Part shown: positions 27,462 through 36,441 of the stretch, piece after piece
Layout of the letters: every line of letters starts with the position of its first letter
Numbering within the stretch: position 1 is the first letter of the stretch
Assembly: GCA_964561035.1 (NCBI GenBank)
Contig: CAZLNR010000003.1
Span: forward strand, 3,558-57,719
DNA length: 54,162 bases
Direction of reading: 5' to 3'
From: an uncultured Gammaproteobacteria bacterium
Lineage (GTDB): Bacteria; Patescibacteriota; Patescibacteriia; Magasanikbacterales; GWA2-37-8
Notes under the pieces: generated by a model
What the model was told of the DNA's origin: nothing
The model's input: only the letters and a program-made list of their open reading frames with translations
The model's database searches: none
Translations under genes and position numbers: made by a program

Positions 27462-28805
27462 TTATACTTTTACCTTCCCAGTAACCACATTATAGATTAG
27501 GGACGATTTATATTCTTGTAGTAATTCTATTGATTTTTGAATTTTCTCACTACATTCATCAATTTTAGCAATTTTTTCATCCAAAAACTTCGCAATTTTT
27601 TCTTGTTCTTCAATTTTTGGAATAGTAGAAATTATATTTTTTAAATCATCTATTGTTAGCTGGTTAATAGTTGATGTAGCTGATGACCTAAGCTGAAAGA
27701 AAAATAGTTCCGACTTAAAAAAGTATGCCATATATCTCCAGTAACTACTTCTAAAAATAGACATAAACACTCCGAAAGTATTACCTTCGCCAGGCCCATT
27801 AATAACGGCGCTTTTACCAATTAACGCAGCGCTTCCATTTCGTGAGCATATTAAGATGTCCCCTTTTTTTGTTTTTAGATTCTTGGGTATTGATTTTTTA
27901 ACATAAATATTATCATTTAATTCAATAGTATTATTTTGAATGTTTGAAGAGCGAAGAACCAGTGTGCCTTCAGCTTCATCGGTAACATCCTCCGGACTAT
28001 AGGTCAAGCCAATAATGGCCTGACCAACAAATTTTAATTTCTCCACCCTCCACCCCTTCGGCACTTTCCCAATCCATCCCACTCCACTATCTACCAGTGT
28101 TGCATCTTCACCCAATCCACGTGTTACAGCCCGGTTAATCACCGCTGCACGCTTCTCCTTTAACAACTCAACCAGCTTTTGTTTTTGCTCAATGCTTTTA
28201 TGAATACTTGCAGTTTTAGCATCTAGATAATCGGCAATTTTTTTCTGAATTTCACGAGAAGGATTAACAAAGTATTCTGAAAAATAATTATATAAATCTA
28301 AATTTTGTATACCTGTGGTTTGTTTGATCGATCTAACGTTTAACCGCGTTGAATATGCGGCGGATAAAAAATAAATAAAATATCTCGGCTCAACCTCCTC
28401 TTTAACATCAATCACCTCAATAAAATTGGCACACACCATCTTTTCTACAGAATTAAACAAAATTGCCCTACCTACAGGTTGTTTTTCTCCACCACCTGAT
28501 TTTTCAAGTAAAATATTTCCCTTTTTTAACAGCTTCCTTCTTTGATCATCTTTGGAAACATTCCGAACTGTTTCAATTTCTCCGAATCCAAAATTTTCAT
28601 AATTAAAATCAGCAACCCTGAGGCACATTACATCATTAACATCAGCCTTAGGATCTTCACCCCATATACCAGAAAAATGATGTTTAATAAATTTTTTTGG
28701 TTGTATCACCTTCCAGTTCTTTGGAACCATTCCAATCCAGTCAACTCCAGAATCTTGATAATCTGGATATTTTTGAATTTGTTTTTTTAATTCTATTTTT
28801 TGCAT
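27462..28805 (-). CDS. hsdS: Type I restriction-modification specificity subunit (HsdS) with two target-recognition domains
   Basis: Two variable halves separated by the conserved helix KQKLVELLKEKRAAVINRAVTRGL, ending in the conserved SIELLQEYKSSLIYNVVTGKVKV. Confidence 0.9.
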   Translation of the reverse strand: MQKIELKKQIQKYPDYQDSGVDWIGMVPKNWKVIQPKKFIKHHFSGIWGEDPKADVNDVMCLRVADFNYENFGFGEIETVRNVSKDDQRRKLLKKGNILLEKSGGGEKQPVGRAILFNSVEKMVCANFIEVIDVKEEVEPRYFIYFLSAAYSTRLNVRSIKQTTGIQNLDLYNYFSEYFVNPSREIQKKIADYLDAKTASIHKSIEQKQKLVELLKEKRAAVINRAVTRGLGEDATLVDSGVGWIGKVPKGWRVEKLKFVGQAIIGLTYSPEDVTDEAEGTLVLRSSNIQNNTIELNDNIYVKKSIPKNLKTKKGDILICSRNGSAALIGKSAVINGPGEGNTFGVFMSIFRSSYWRYMAYFFKSELFFFQLRSSATSTINQLTIDDLKNIISTIPKIEEQEKIAKFLDEKIAKIDECSEKIQKSIELLQEYKSSLIYNVVTGKVKV

Positions 28806-28811
28806 ACAAAA

Positions 28812-30875
28812 TTATAGCTTTTTTAACATCTCCAATAATTCATTCTCCACCCCTTCAATCTCACCTTCAATCTCTGTCAATTCTCGTGGTGGAATATATT
28901 TGTAAAAATACCGAGTAAATGGGATTTCATAACCTACCTTACCCACCTCGTTATCCTTATGGTCGCGCACGGTTTCATTTATCCAAGCATCTGGCGCAAA
29001 TGGTTTTACTTCCTTTTCAAAATATTTGTAAACATCCATACCCCATGGCACATTCTCGCTGTCGCGGAGCTCGCTATCCGGTTCTGGCTTGCGTTCACTA
29101 TCCATACACACATCTGCAGTCTCATCGCGCTCGCTTAACTCCTGCAAAATAGTTTTAAGTATTGGAGCTGGAACTTTTATTTTGACTTGCTTAAATTTAT
29201 TTTCAAGCAACCCCAAAAACTCTTCGCGATTTTTATATAGTTTATCGCCAATACTATCTAATACTTTATAAATCTCAGCGCGTAGATTTTGCCATTCTTT
29301 ATTTTCTGTTTCACCTGCCGTGCCTTTCTTTTTACTTGGAACATCATTTTTCATTTTTTCCGTTTCTTTTAATATTGCCAACCGCTCTACATTGGCTTGA
29401 AAATTTAATTTTAATGGTCGTTCGATGATAATCTGACGAAAAGCAAAATCAGTGGTATTAAAAATTTTGCAATATTCATTTTCTGTAAATGAATTATATA
29501 ACTCCAAAATCTTAGCCCGATTTTCATCGGATATTACATGGCGTTTATTGCCAAGCGACTTACGCATTTTTTCAAAAAATATTCTGGCATCAATGAGCTG
29601 TACCTTATTTTGTCTTTTCTTTTCTTTACGATTGCTCAAAAACCATACATACGTATTAATACCGGTGTTGTAAAACAGTTGATCTGGCATCGCCACAACC
29701 GCATCTAGCCAATCATGCTCTAGTATCCAACGACGAATTTCGCTTTCTCCGCTGCCAGCGTCGCCCGTAAACAGCGGCGAACCATTAAATACAATAGCCA
29801 AACGCGAACCACCATCAATCGGGTTACGCATTTTAGAAATAAGATGCTGTAAGAATAAAAATTGCCCATCGGAAATTCTAGGCAAACCAGCGCCAAACCG
29901 GCCGGCAAAACCGCGCTCGGCTTCTTTTTCTACCGCCTCTTTGTCTTTTTTCCAATCCACGCCGAATGGAGGATTTGTCAGACAATAATCGAACTGCTCA
30001 CCAATAAATTGATCATTGGTAAGTGTACTGGCTTTGGAATGGTCCTTATCTCCACCTTTGATTTTATCCGGATCATCGCCTTTAATAAGCATGTCGGATT
30101 TGCAGATAGCGTATGTAACCGGATTCAATTCTTGCCCATACAAATATATGTCAGCATCTTTATTGATAACAGACAAAATATGCTCTTTGCTTGTCGTTAA
30201 CATTCCCCCTGTACCACTAGCGCAATCATAAATTGTTTTAATGATATGTTTTTTGTTTAGCAATTCTTTGTCAGGCGCGAACAAAATTTCCACCATCGTT
30301 TTGATAACTTCGCGTGGGGTGTAGTGCTCACCGGCAGTCTCGTTTGATTGCTCATTAAATTTACGGATTAATTCTTCAAAGATAGAACCCATTTCATGAT
30401 TACTGGTGACGCGCGGATGTAAATCAATTTTGTTAAATTCTTTTAAAATCAGATATAATAAATTTCCACCTTCCAAACGGGATAATTGTTTTCCAAAATC
30501 AAACTTGGCAAAAATTTCTTTAATATTGTCGCTAAATCCATCAATAAAATGCTGTAAATTTTTGGCAATATTTTTTGGATCTTCCAGTAGTTTGGCAAAA
30601 TCATACGGCGAGGTATTGTAAAAACCTACCTTGCTAGCCGATTTAAGAATTGGATCAAGCTCTACTTTGCCATGAAACCTGTTATACTGCTCCAACACTG
30701 CCGGTTTAGTATCGGCCAACACGGAATCCAACCGCCTCAAAACAACGAGTGGTAAAACAACATCCTGATATTCGTACTGTTTCCAGCCACCACGTAAAAG
30801 CTCTGCGATTTGCCAGATAATACCAGCTTTGGAATTGAAGTTATTCATATGTATATTATTTTGAATTACCGTCAA
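28812..30875 (-). CDS. hsdM: Type I restriction-modification N6-adenine DNA methyltransferase subunit (HsdM), long form
   Basis: AdoMet motif [10 protein letters not shown], catalytic NPPFG ([10 protein letters not shown]) and an HsdM N-terminal helical domain. An ATG at 30848 is an alternative to the track's start at 30875. Confidence 0.93.
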   Translation of the reverse strand: MTVIQNNIHMNNFNSKAGIIWQIAELLRGGWKQYEYQDVVLPLVVLRRLDSVLADTKPAVLEQYNRFHGKVELDPILKSASKVGFYNTSPYDFAKLLEDPKNIAKNLQHFIDGFSDNIKEIFAKFDFGKQLSRLEGGNLLYLILKEFNKIDLHPRVTSNHEMGSIFEELIRKFNEQSNETAGEHYTPREVIKTMVEILFAPDKELLNKKHIIKTIYDCASGTGGMLTTSKEHILSVINKDADIYLYGQELNPVTYAICKSDMLIKGDDPDKIKGGDKDHSKASTLTNDQFIGEQFDYCLTNPPFGVDWKKDKEAVEKEAERGFAGRFGAGLPRISDGQFLFLQHLISKMRNPIDGGSRLAIVFNGSPLFTGDAGSGESEIRRWILEHDWLDAVVAMPDQLFYNTGINTYVWFLSNRKEKKRQNKVQLIDARIFFEKMRKSLGNKRHVISDENRAKILELYNSFTENEYCKIFNTTDFAFRQIIIERPLKLNFQANVERLAILKETEKMKNDVPSKKKGTAGETENKEWQNLRAEIYKVLDSIGDKLYKNREEFLGLLENKFKQVKIKVPAPILKTILQELSERDETADVCMDSERKPEPDSELRDSENVPWGMDVYKYFEKEVKPFAPDAWINETVRDHKDNEVGKVGYEIPFTRYFYKYIPPRELTEIEGEIEGVENELLEMLKKL

Positions 30876-32037
30876 TAAATAAATCTAAATACTCTTTGAG
30901 AAAAAAAATGCGGTTGCGAGAAAAACCAGTTTTTTCAATAAAAAGACCAAGTCGCTCAAATTCATTGGCCAGCGTAGTAGCAGTTTGAATACTAGCATTC
31001 ATCAATTCTTTAATGTCTTTAACTGTAACACCCGGCTGAGAAAACAATTGTATTAACAGTTCTTTTCCGGCCTTCTGACGCTTAATACCCATGCCAGATT
31101 CAATTGTACTTTCATACCGTTTGCGCAAAGCAATAATTTTTTCAAATGTTTCTTTGCCTGTTTTTGCAGTTTGGCTAATACCAGTGAGAAAAAAACGAAT
31201 CCAATGCTCTATGTCGCCTGTCTGTCTAACCATAGACAAAGCATCGTAATATTTAGTTCGATTTTTCTCAAAGAAATCAGATATATATAAAGTTGGTTTT
31301 TTGAGAATACCTAAATCAACCAGCTGAAGAGTAATTATCAGACGGCCAATACGACCATTACCATCAAGAAATGGATGGATAGTTTCAAATTGGTAATGTG
31401 AAATAGCGGCTTTAATTAAATCTGGGATTTCCAAATTTTTATTGTGCCAAAACTTTTCCAAATCTCCAAGCAGCTCTGGAACATCTGTATGGTGCGGGGG
31501 AATAAAAACAGCATCGGCAAGAGTAGCTCCACCAAGCCAATTTTGACTGTGACGAATTTCTCCTGGCTGTTTACTATAACCACGAACACCAGAAAGCAAT
31601 ATTTTATGAGAATCTTTTACTAATCGAATTGATAATGGCAATTGTTCCAATTTTTTAACTGAATAATTGATAGCTTGAATATAGTTATCAATTTCTTCCC
31701 AGTCATTACGTTTTTCTGGCGCCAACTCTTCGCTTGATAACACAGCTTCATCTAAATTAGTTTTTGTACCCTCAATACGACTGGACTGTGTGGCTTCTTT
31801 GGCCACATGCATACGGATAAAAAAATCTACATCTGGCACAAGAGTAGAATATGCGTTAAGTTCCCCTAAATAACGCATAGCATCTGAAAGTAGCAAGTTA
31901 ATGCGTTTATCTTCCCAATCGAAAGGTTTATTTATGGGCGTTGGCACAAAACTTTTATAACTATTTTGCTGGCGATATGTACCTGCGATGAATTTTGATT
32001 TTGACATAGTAATTAGATTAAGATAATCTATATTCAA
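30856..32037 (-). CDS. fic: Fic family protein (AMPylase-type) with an N-terminal autoinhibitory-helix motif and a C-terminal wHTH
   Basis: Fic motif [12 protein letters not shown]. The inhibitory [S/T]xxxE[G/N] motif is present as SSRIEG upstream of the core. The true start is probably ATG 32007, because the track start at 32037 is TTG at the predicted transcription start. Confidence 0.9.
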   Translation of the reverse strand: MNIDYLNLITMSKSKFIAGTYRQQNSYKSFVPTPINKPFDWEDKRINLLLSDAMRYLGELNAYSTLVPDVDFFIRMHVAKEATQSSRIEGTKTNLDEAVLSSEELAPEKRNDWEEIDNYIQAINYSVKKLEQLPLSIRLVKDSHKILLSGVRGYSKQPGEIRHSQNWLGGATLADAVFIPPHHTDVPELLGDLEKFWHNKNLEIPDLIKAAISHYQFETIHPFLDGNGRIGRLIITLQLVDLGILKKPTLYISDFFEKNRTKYYDALSMVRQTGDIEHWIRFFLTGISQTAKTGKETFEKIIALRKRYESTIESGMGIKRQKAGKELLIQLFSQPGVTVKDIKELMNASIQTATTLANEFERLGLFIEKTGFSRNRIFFLKEYLDLFIDGNSK

Positions 32038-32066
32038 AGAATATCACTTAACTTGGAATTTGTCAA
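32038..32066 (-). promoter_or_regulatory. Candidate operon promoter for fic-hsdM-hsdS-orf311-hsdR: TTGACA, 17-nt spacer, TATTCT
   Basis: The reverse complement reads TTGACA-aattccaagttaagtga-TATTCT. It lies inside the segment bracketed by the B repeats. Confidence 0.45.
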
Positions 32067-32209
32067 GACATATTACACACAGTTTACCCCAGTATACATA
32101 ATTTGGCTCATTTTAACGGATCTTGGGAGCCTGCCATAACCCAACGCGCACGCACGGGTGGGCAGGAGCAAGCGCGTTTCTAGCAAATAACACCATAATC
32201 AATCGGTCG

Positions 32210-32449
32210 GGCGGCGCATTCGCCAAAGCGAATACGAAACAACACCCCTTCGGCGAACAAATGGTAGGGTTTCCGAAATCGTCGCCACCAGCGGGCAAAA
32301 ATTCCTTCCCCTAACCCCTTCCTTTTTGCCCGCCGAGATTGTACTGGGTTATAGGGGGCAGAGCCCCTACACATTAGCCCCCTATCTAATAAATCGTTTC
32401 AAAATACATTCGTACGTCGTTCAGGATTTTCGACAATTCGGAACATCTA
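32210..32449. repeat. Inverted repeat arm B', the partner of 23307..23544, ending in the distal core site C3 (32431-32449)
   Basis: See arm B. ATTCGC-caaa-GCGAAT at 32218-32233 replaces the GCACGT-ttc-ACGTGC hairpin of the other copy. Confidence 0.88.
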
Positions 32450-32478
32450 AAAACATTCTTACAACAAAGAATGTTTTT
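32449..32478. terminator. Strong hairpin terminator (AAAAACATTCTT-acaaca-AAGAATGTTTTT) abutting the island's right end
   Basis: 12-bp stem including the A/T runs; bidirectional form. No upstream plus-strand gene is present unless the island is removed, in which case it would follow tRNA-Pro. Confidence 0.75.
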
Positions 32479-32502
32479 ATGTACCCCTACTATAGCCTGT
32501 AG

Positions 32503-32531
32503 TTGACCTATCTGTTTTTTTGCCATATACT
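32503..32531 (+). promoter_or_regulatory. Promoter for the dsbA-like/VKOR pair: TTGACC, 17-nt spacer, TATACT
   Basis: TTGACC-tatctgtttttttgcca-TATACT, 30 nt before the ATG at 32562. Confidence 0.5.
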
Positions 32532-32561
32532 TTATATCATACTCATTAAACCACATTTACT

Positions 32562-33311
32562 ATGGAAACTCCTGAACAACAAACCGAGGCTCTAACCAAA
32601 AAACAGCGGCAAGAACTAAAAAAGGAAGAAAAAACACAACGACAAGAGCAAGAACTAAAAAAGAAAAAACTATCCGCAGCCATAGTCTGGTCGCTTATTA
32701 CCCTCTTCATTGCCGGGACCATCATTGCTATGGTTGTCGTAGCTTCTAAAAAATCGGGCGTTCAATTTGTAGCTGGCAACGTAAAAGCAGCCGACGCGTC
32801 AGACTGGGTTAAAGGCGCTCCTCTTGCGGAAGCAAAAGTTGTCTTAACCGAGTACAGCGACTTCCAATGCCCAGCTTGCGGACTCTACTATCCGCTCGTA
32901 AAACAACTTGGACAGGAGTTTAAAAACCTAGCCATTATATACAGACATTTCCCTCTACCACAGCATAAAAATGCACAGGCTGCCGCACAGGCTGCGGAAG
33001 CCGCGGGCAAACAAGGCAAATTTTGGGAAATGCATGATATGTTATTTGATAATCAAAAAGAATGGTCGGAATCATCAACTGCGGCTCAAATTTTTAACTC
33101 ATACGCAGAAAAAATCGGACTGGACGTAAAAAAATATACAGATGATTTTAATTCAAGCGAAGTAAAATCAAATATTACCGCCGACTACGAAAGCGGGATA
33201 AGCGAAATCAACGGCACTCCAACATTTTTTATCAATAATAAAAAAATTGAAAACCCTCGCAATTATGAAGAGCTTAAAAATACTATCCAACAAGCTGGCG
33301 GCACCATCTAA
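32562..33311 (+). CDS. DsbA-family thiol:disulfide oxidoreductase, membrane-anchored
   Basis: Lys/Glu-rich N-terminus, one TM helix and a thioredoxin fold with a CPAC active site (YSDFQCPACG). Confidence 0.85.
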   Translation: METPEQQTEALTKKQRQELKKEEKTQRQEQELKKKKLSAAIVWSLITLFIAGTIIAMVVVASKKSGVQFVAGNVKAADASDWVKGAPLAEAKVVLTEYSDFQCPACGLYYPLVKQLGQEFKNLAIIYRHFPLPQHKNAQAAAQAAEAAGKQGKFWEMHDMLFDNQKEWSESSTAAQIFNSYAEKIGLDVKKYTDDFNSSEVKSNITADYESGISEINGTPTFFINNKKIENPRNYEELKNTIQQAGGTI

Positions 33312-33735
33312 AGTTATCGTCGGTTTATTCCTGTTATTTGCAGCGATTGGCTTTATTGATGCCACCTATCTTACGGTAAAACATTTCTTAGGCACCCCTA
33401 TCAGCTGTACTTTGCTGCACGGCTGCGAACAGGTAACCAACAGCGAATACTCAGTTATTTTAGGCATACCCCTTGCTCTTTTAGGCGCTCTATACTATTT
33501 TAGCATCTTAATCTTAGTCGCCCTGTATATACAAACTGAAAACAAAATATTTTTTCAGATTGCCAGTGTGTTTACTATCTGCGGCTTTCTTACTTCACTA
33601 CTCTTGGTTTATCTGCAAATATTTGTAATCGGCGCTATCTGCATCTACTGCATGGGTTCAGCAACTTCATCTACCCTACTATTTATCACTGCGGCTTGCG
33701 GTCTTAAAAAAGAACCTGCCCCAGAAATGGCATAA
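33247..33735 (+). CDS. Vitamin K epoxide reductase (VKOR) family protein
   Basis: Four to five TM helices, loop cysteines (ISCTLLHGCEQV) and a CIYC redox motif. It overlaps the upstream dsbA-like gene. Confidence 0.8.
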   Translation: MKTLAIMKSLKILSNKLAAPSKVIVGLFLLFAAIGFIDATYLTVKHFLGTPISCTLLHGCEQVTNSEYSVILGIPLALLGALYYFSILILVALYIQTENKIFFQIASVFTICGFLTSLLLVYLQIFVIGAICIYCMGSATSSTLLFITAACGLKKEPAPEMA

Positions 33736-33742
33736 ACAAAAA

Positions 33743-33768
33743 ACAGGCTTGTGTAAAGCCTGTTTTTT
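33743..33768. terminator. Bidirectional terminator between the VKOR and malic enzyme genes
   Basis: ACAGGCTT-gtgt-AAAGCCTGT flanked by an A-run and a T-run. Confidence 0.8.
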
Positions 33769-33773
33769 GTTTT

Positions 33774-34916
33774 TTACTTAATTGCTTTAGCCACAGCTCG
33801 TGCCACGTTTTTATCAAAAGGTTTTGGCAAAATGTTATCTGTTCGCAGCGAGTGAACGCATCGCGCTAAGTTTTCGGCTGCTTTTACCAGCATATCCTCG
33901 GTAATTTGCATTACCTTATTATCTAACGCACCTCTAAAAATACCCGGAAACGCCAACACGTTATTTATCTGGTTGGGAAAATCTGATCTGCCGGTTCCAA
34001 CAATATACGCTCCGCCTGCCTTGGCTTCATCCGGCATTATTTCAGGGATCGGGTTTGCCAGCACAAGCACAATAGGATTTTTATTCATTGTTTTTATCTC
34101 CGCGCGTGTTATTAAACCGGGACCGCTAACCCCAATGAGTACATCTTTTTCTTTAATTACTTCTTTTAAACTAGCATCTGACTGTTTATTCTGACGAGTA
34201 AATTGAGCAAGTTCCATTTTTGCCGAATTAAGATCAGGCCTGCCTGTGTGAATCAGTCCTTTTGAATCACAGACTGCAATCTGTTCAAAACCGTACTTCA
34301 GCAACATTTTAGCGATTGCCGTTCCAGCCGCACCTGCACCGCTAATAACTACGCGCGCATTTTTTTTATTCATTTTTTTAAGCCGCAGCGCATTGATAAG
34401 CGCTGCCAACACCACCACAGCCGTACCGTGCTGATCGTCATGCATAACTGGAATAGACAGCTCTTTCTTTAACCGCTCTTCAATTTCAAAACATCTTGGA
34501 GCGGCAATATCTTCCAAATTTATACCTCCAAAAACCGGAGCAATATTTTTTACCGCTTTTATAATCTCCTCGGTATCTTGGGTATCAAGACATATCGGAA
34601 ACGCATCCACACCGGCAAATTCTTTAAACAAAACCGCCTTACCTTCCATAACAGGCAATGCTGCCTCTGGCCCCAAATTTCCCAAACCCAAAATAGCCGA
34701 TCCGTCGGAAACTACCGCTACAGTATTTTTTTTAATCGTGTATTCTCTGGCTAATTTTTTATCTTTTGCAATTACTCGACATACTTCGGCCACGCCAGGC
34801 GTATATGCCAACGACAAATCTTTTTTATTTTTAATCGGCACCTTACTTTTTAACTCCAGCTTGCCATGAACTTTTTTATGGAGTTTAAGTGAATTCTTGT
34901 AAACTGCATCTGACAT
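33774..34916 (-). CDS. NAD(P)-dependent malic enzyme (short form)
   Basis: LSLAYTPGVAEVC, GLGNLGP and VISGAGAAGTA Rossmann motifs; 380 aa. Confidence 0.9.
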   Translation of the reverse strand: MSDAVYKNSLKLHKKVHGKLELKSKVPIKNKKDLSLAYTPGVAEVCRVIAKDKKLAREYTIKKNTVAVVSDGSAILGLGNLGPEAALPVMEGKAVLFKEFAGVDAFPICLDTQDTEEIIKAVKNIAPVFGGINLEDIAAPRCFEIEERLKKELSIPVMHDDQHGTAVVVLAALINALRLKKMNKKNARVVISGAGAAGTAIAKMLLKYGFEQIAVCDSKGLIHTGRPDLNSAKMELAQFTRQNKQSDASLKEVIKEKDVLIGVSGPGLITRAEIKTMNKNPIVLVLANPIPEIMPDEAKAGGAYIVGTGRSDFPNQINNVLAFPGIFRGALDNKVMQITEDMLVKAAENLARCVHSLRTDNILPKPFDKNVARAVAKAIK

Positions 34917-34925
34917 ATAGTTATG

Positions 34926-35165
34926 TTATAAAATTTCAATTATTTTATTTTTACTTGTAAAACCTTTTTTAACCACCACAGTTGATGGGGCAACTTTAAA
35001 ATACGCTGCCAACACTTTTACCACCCCTTTATTTGCCAGGCCATTTTGCGCCGGCTCCCGAACCGCGACGGTAAAATGCGTATCATCAATTTTTTCAACT
35101 TTTTCTTCGTAAGCATTAGGCTTTACTTTTATTTGTATGCGCATACGCAATAAATATACTGGCAA
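34926..35165 (-). CDS. DUF167 (YggU) family protein
   Basis: IKVKPNA...V.EPA.NG.AN..V...LA..F.V....V.....G.TSK.K. pattern. The likely start is ATG 35144. Confidence 0.7.
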   Translation of the reverse strand: MPVYLLRMRIQIKVKPNAYEEKVEKIDDTHFTVAVREPAQNGLANKGVVKVLAAYFKVAPSTVVVKKGFTSKNKIIEIL

Positions 35166-36441
35166 TTAAAATCCAAAATAGAAACGCTAAGTCATTTTTA
35201 AAATATGGTACATCAACCAATCCGTGAACCACGAGCGCAGCAAGCATAGCCATAAACCCGGCCCCCAATACCATATCATTTTGGCGAATACGCCAAGCAA
35301 GCACTGCAGCCTGACTAATTATTATGAGCACCACCAACATGCCAACCAGCCCAATTTCTGTCCAAAAATTAAGAAATATATTATGCGGATAAATGAGACG
35401 CTCCATGACCCGTACATCATAATATGGTTTTTGTATTTTTCTAAAAAACTGGCGTACTCCGGTACCCAGAACAAAATTTTTAGGAGAATCAGTCAAAAAT
35501 GTCCACGAGTATCCCCATAACCGTAATCTATTTTGGTTTGCCTGATCCTGAAACAATACTGCCTGGCGCATTGATGGTATCAGCAAAGCAAAAACCATAC
35601 CTATCACTGTCAGCGCCATCGCAATTTTTTTATAACCGATTAAAAACACAAATACTAACAACCCTGCCCCCATACCAATCCAAGCACCTTGAGATTTGGT
35701 AAAAAACAAAGCGGTCATAGCACACAAAACGCCAAATAAAGAACTTGCAAAAACAGGTTTAAAAAAAAGTCTTTTTACCTGTTCCCCCTTCATCACCGCT
35801 TGCCTTATTTCCCTTAGAACAAGAGCAGCCATCAGCATACAAATCGGGACCATATACAAGCCAACCGCGTTTGGAGAGGTAAAAAAAGCGGTTACGCGCC
35901 TGGTAGCCTCATTTGTCCATTCAGGCGTCGCAATGCCTATACCCGTGAATTTCTGAATAATTGCATACATACTAATACTGAGCGTGGAAAACGTTAAAAA
36001 AAGCGGCAAATCAGCCGACATAAATATTTCCCTTCGCCCTATCAGTATCAAAAATAATATCATTGGCTCCAAAAAATACGCGCGCCATTCACCCAGTGAA
36101 AAAAATACCATATCGCTAACAAAAATACTTACAACCGATGATGCAAAAAACAAACCAAATACTACCGCAAACCACATATGCTGCGCAAAAAAACTTTTAA
36201 TTCTTACCACATCTGTTCGGCTGTATCTGATTATCCAAATAAGCAAAATCACTCCAAACATCACTTCTAACATTGTTGATGGAAAAGGATATTTGCCAAT
36301 TCGCACCAACTCAAACCGAACCAGATATGTTGGTAGTAAAATAATAAACAAAGCAATCGCAGCGCTAAACCGCCTCCACGCCAACAGAGAAAAAAATAAA
36401 AAATATAGAACTAATACAACTCCCATACGCAAATTTACCAA
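35116..36441 (-). CDS. O-antigen ligase/polymerase (Wzy_C)-like polytopic membrane protein
   Basis: About 10-12 TM helices with a central loop, typical of O-antigen ligase-like proteins. The assignment rests on topology and composition only. Confidence 0.5.
   Translation of the reverse strand: MVNLRMGVVLVLYFLFFSLLAWRRFSAAIALFIILLPTYLVRFELVRIGKYPFPSTMLEVMFGVILLIWIIRYSRTDVVRIKSFFAQHMWFAVVFGLFFASSVVSIFVSDMVFFSLGEWRAYFLEPMILFLILIGRREIFMSADLPLFLTFSTLSISMYAIIQKFTGIGIATPEWTNEATRRVTAFFTSPNAVGLYMVPICMLMAALVLREIRQAVMKGEQVKRLFFKPVFASSLFGVLCAMTALFFTKSQGAWIGMGAGLLVFVFLIGYKKIAMALTVIGMVFALLIPSMRQAVLFQDQANQNRLRLWGYSWTFLTDSPKNFVLGTGVRQFFRKIQKPYYDVRVMERLIYPHNIFLNFWTEIGLVGMLVVLIIISQAAVLAWRIRQNDMVLGAGFMAMLAALVVHGLVDVPYFKNDLAFLFWILIASIFIAYAHTNKSKA

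Larger units (their letters stand above)
21558..32449. mobile_element. ~10.9-kb integrative island at the tRNA-Pro 3' end. It has a serine-recombinase module and a fic/Type I RM module, each bracketed by long inverted repeats.
   Basis: The 19-nt core CGACAA(CA/TT)CGGAACATCTA occurs at 21558-21576 and 32431-32449 in direct orientation and at 23307-23325 inverted. The cargo is accessory-type. The hairpin terminator that should follow the tRNA operon sits immediately right of the distal core. Confidence 0.75.

Noticed and set aside
23307-32449. Classic phase-variable Type I RM shufflon, with inversions swapping hsdS target-recognition domains
   Set aside because: There is a single intact hsdS gene and no partial hsdS copies. 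The inverted repeats lie outside the whole operon rather than within TRD-coding sequence. The operon's candidate promoter is inside the bracketed segment, so inversion alone would not obviously switch specificity or expression.
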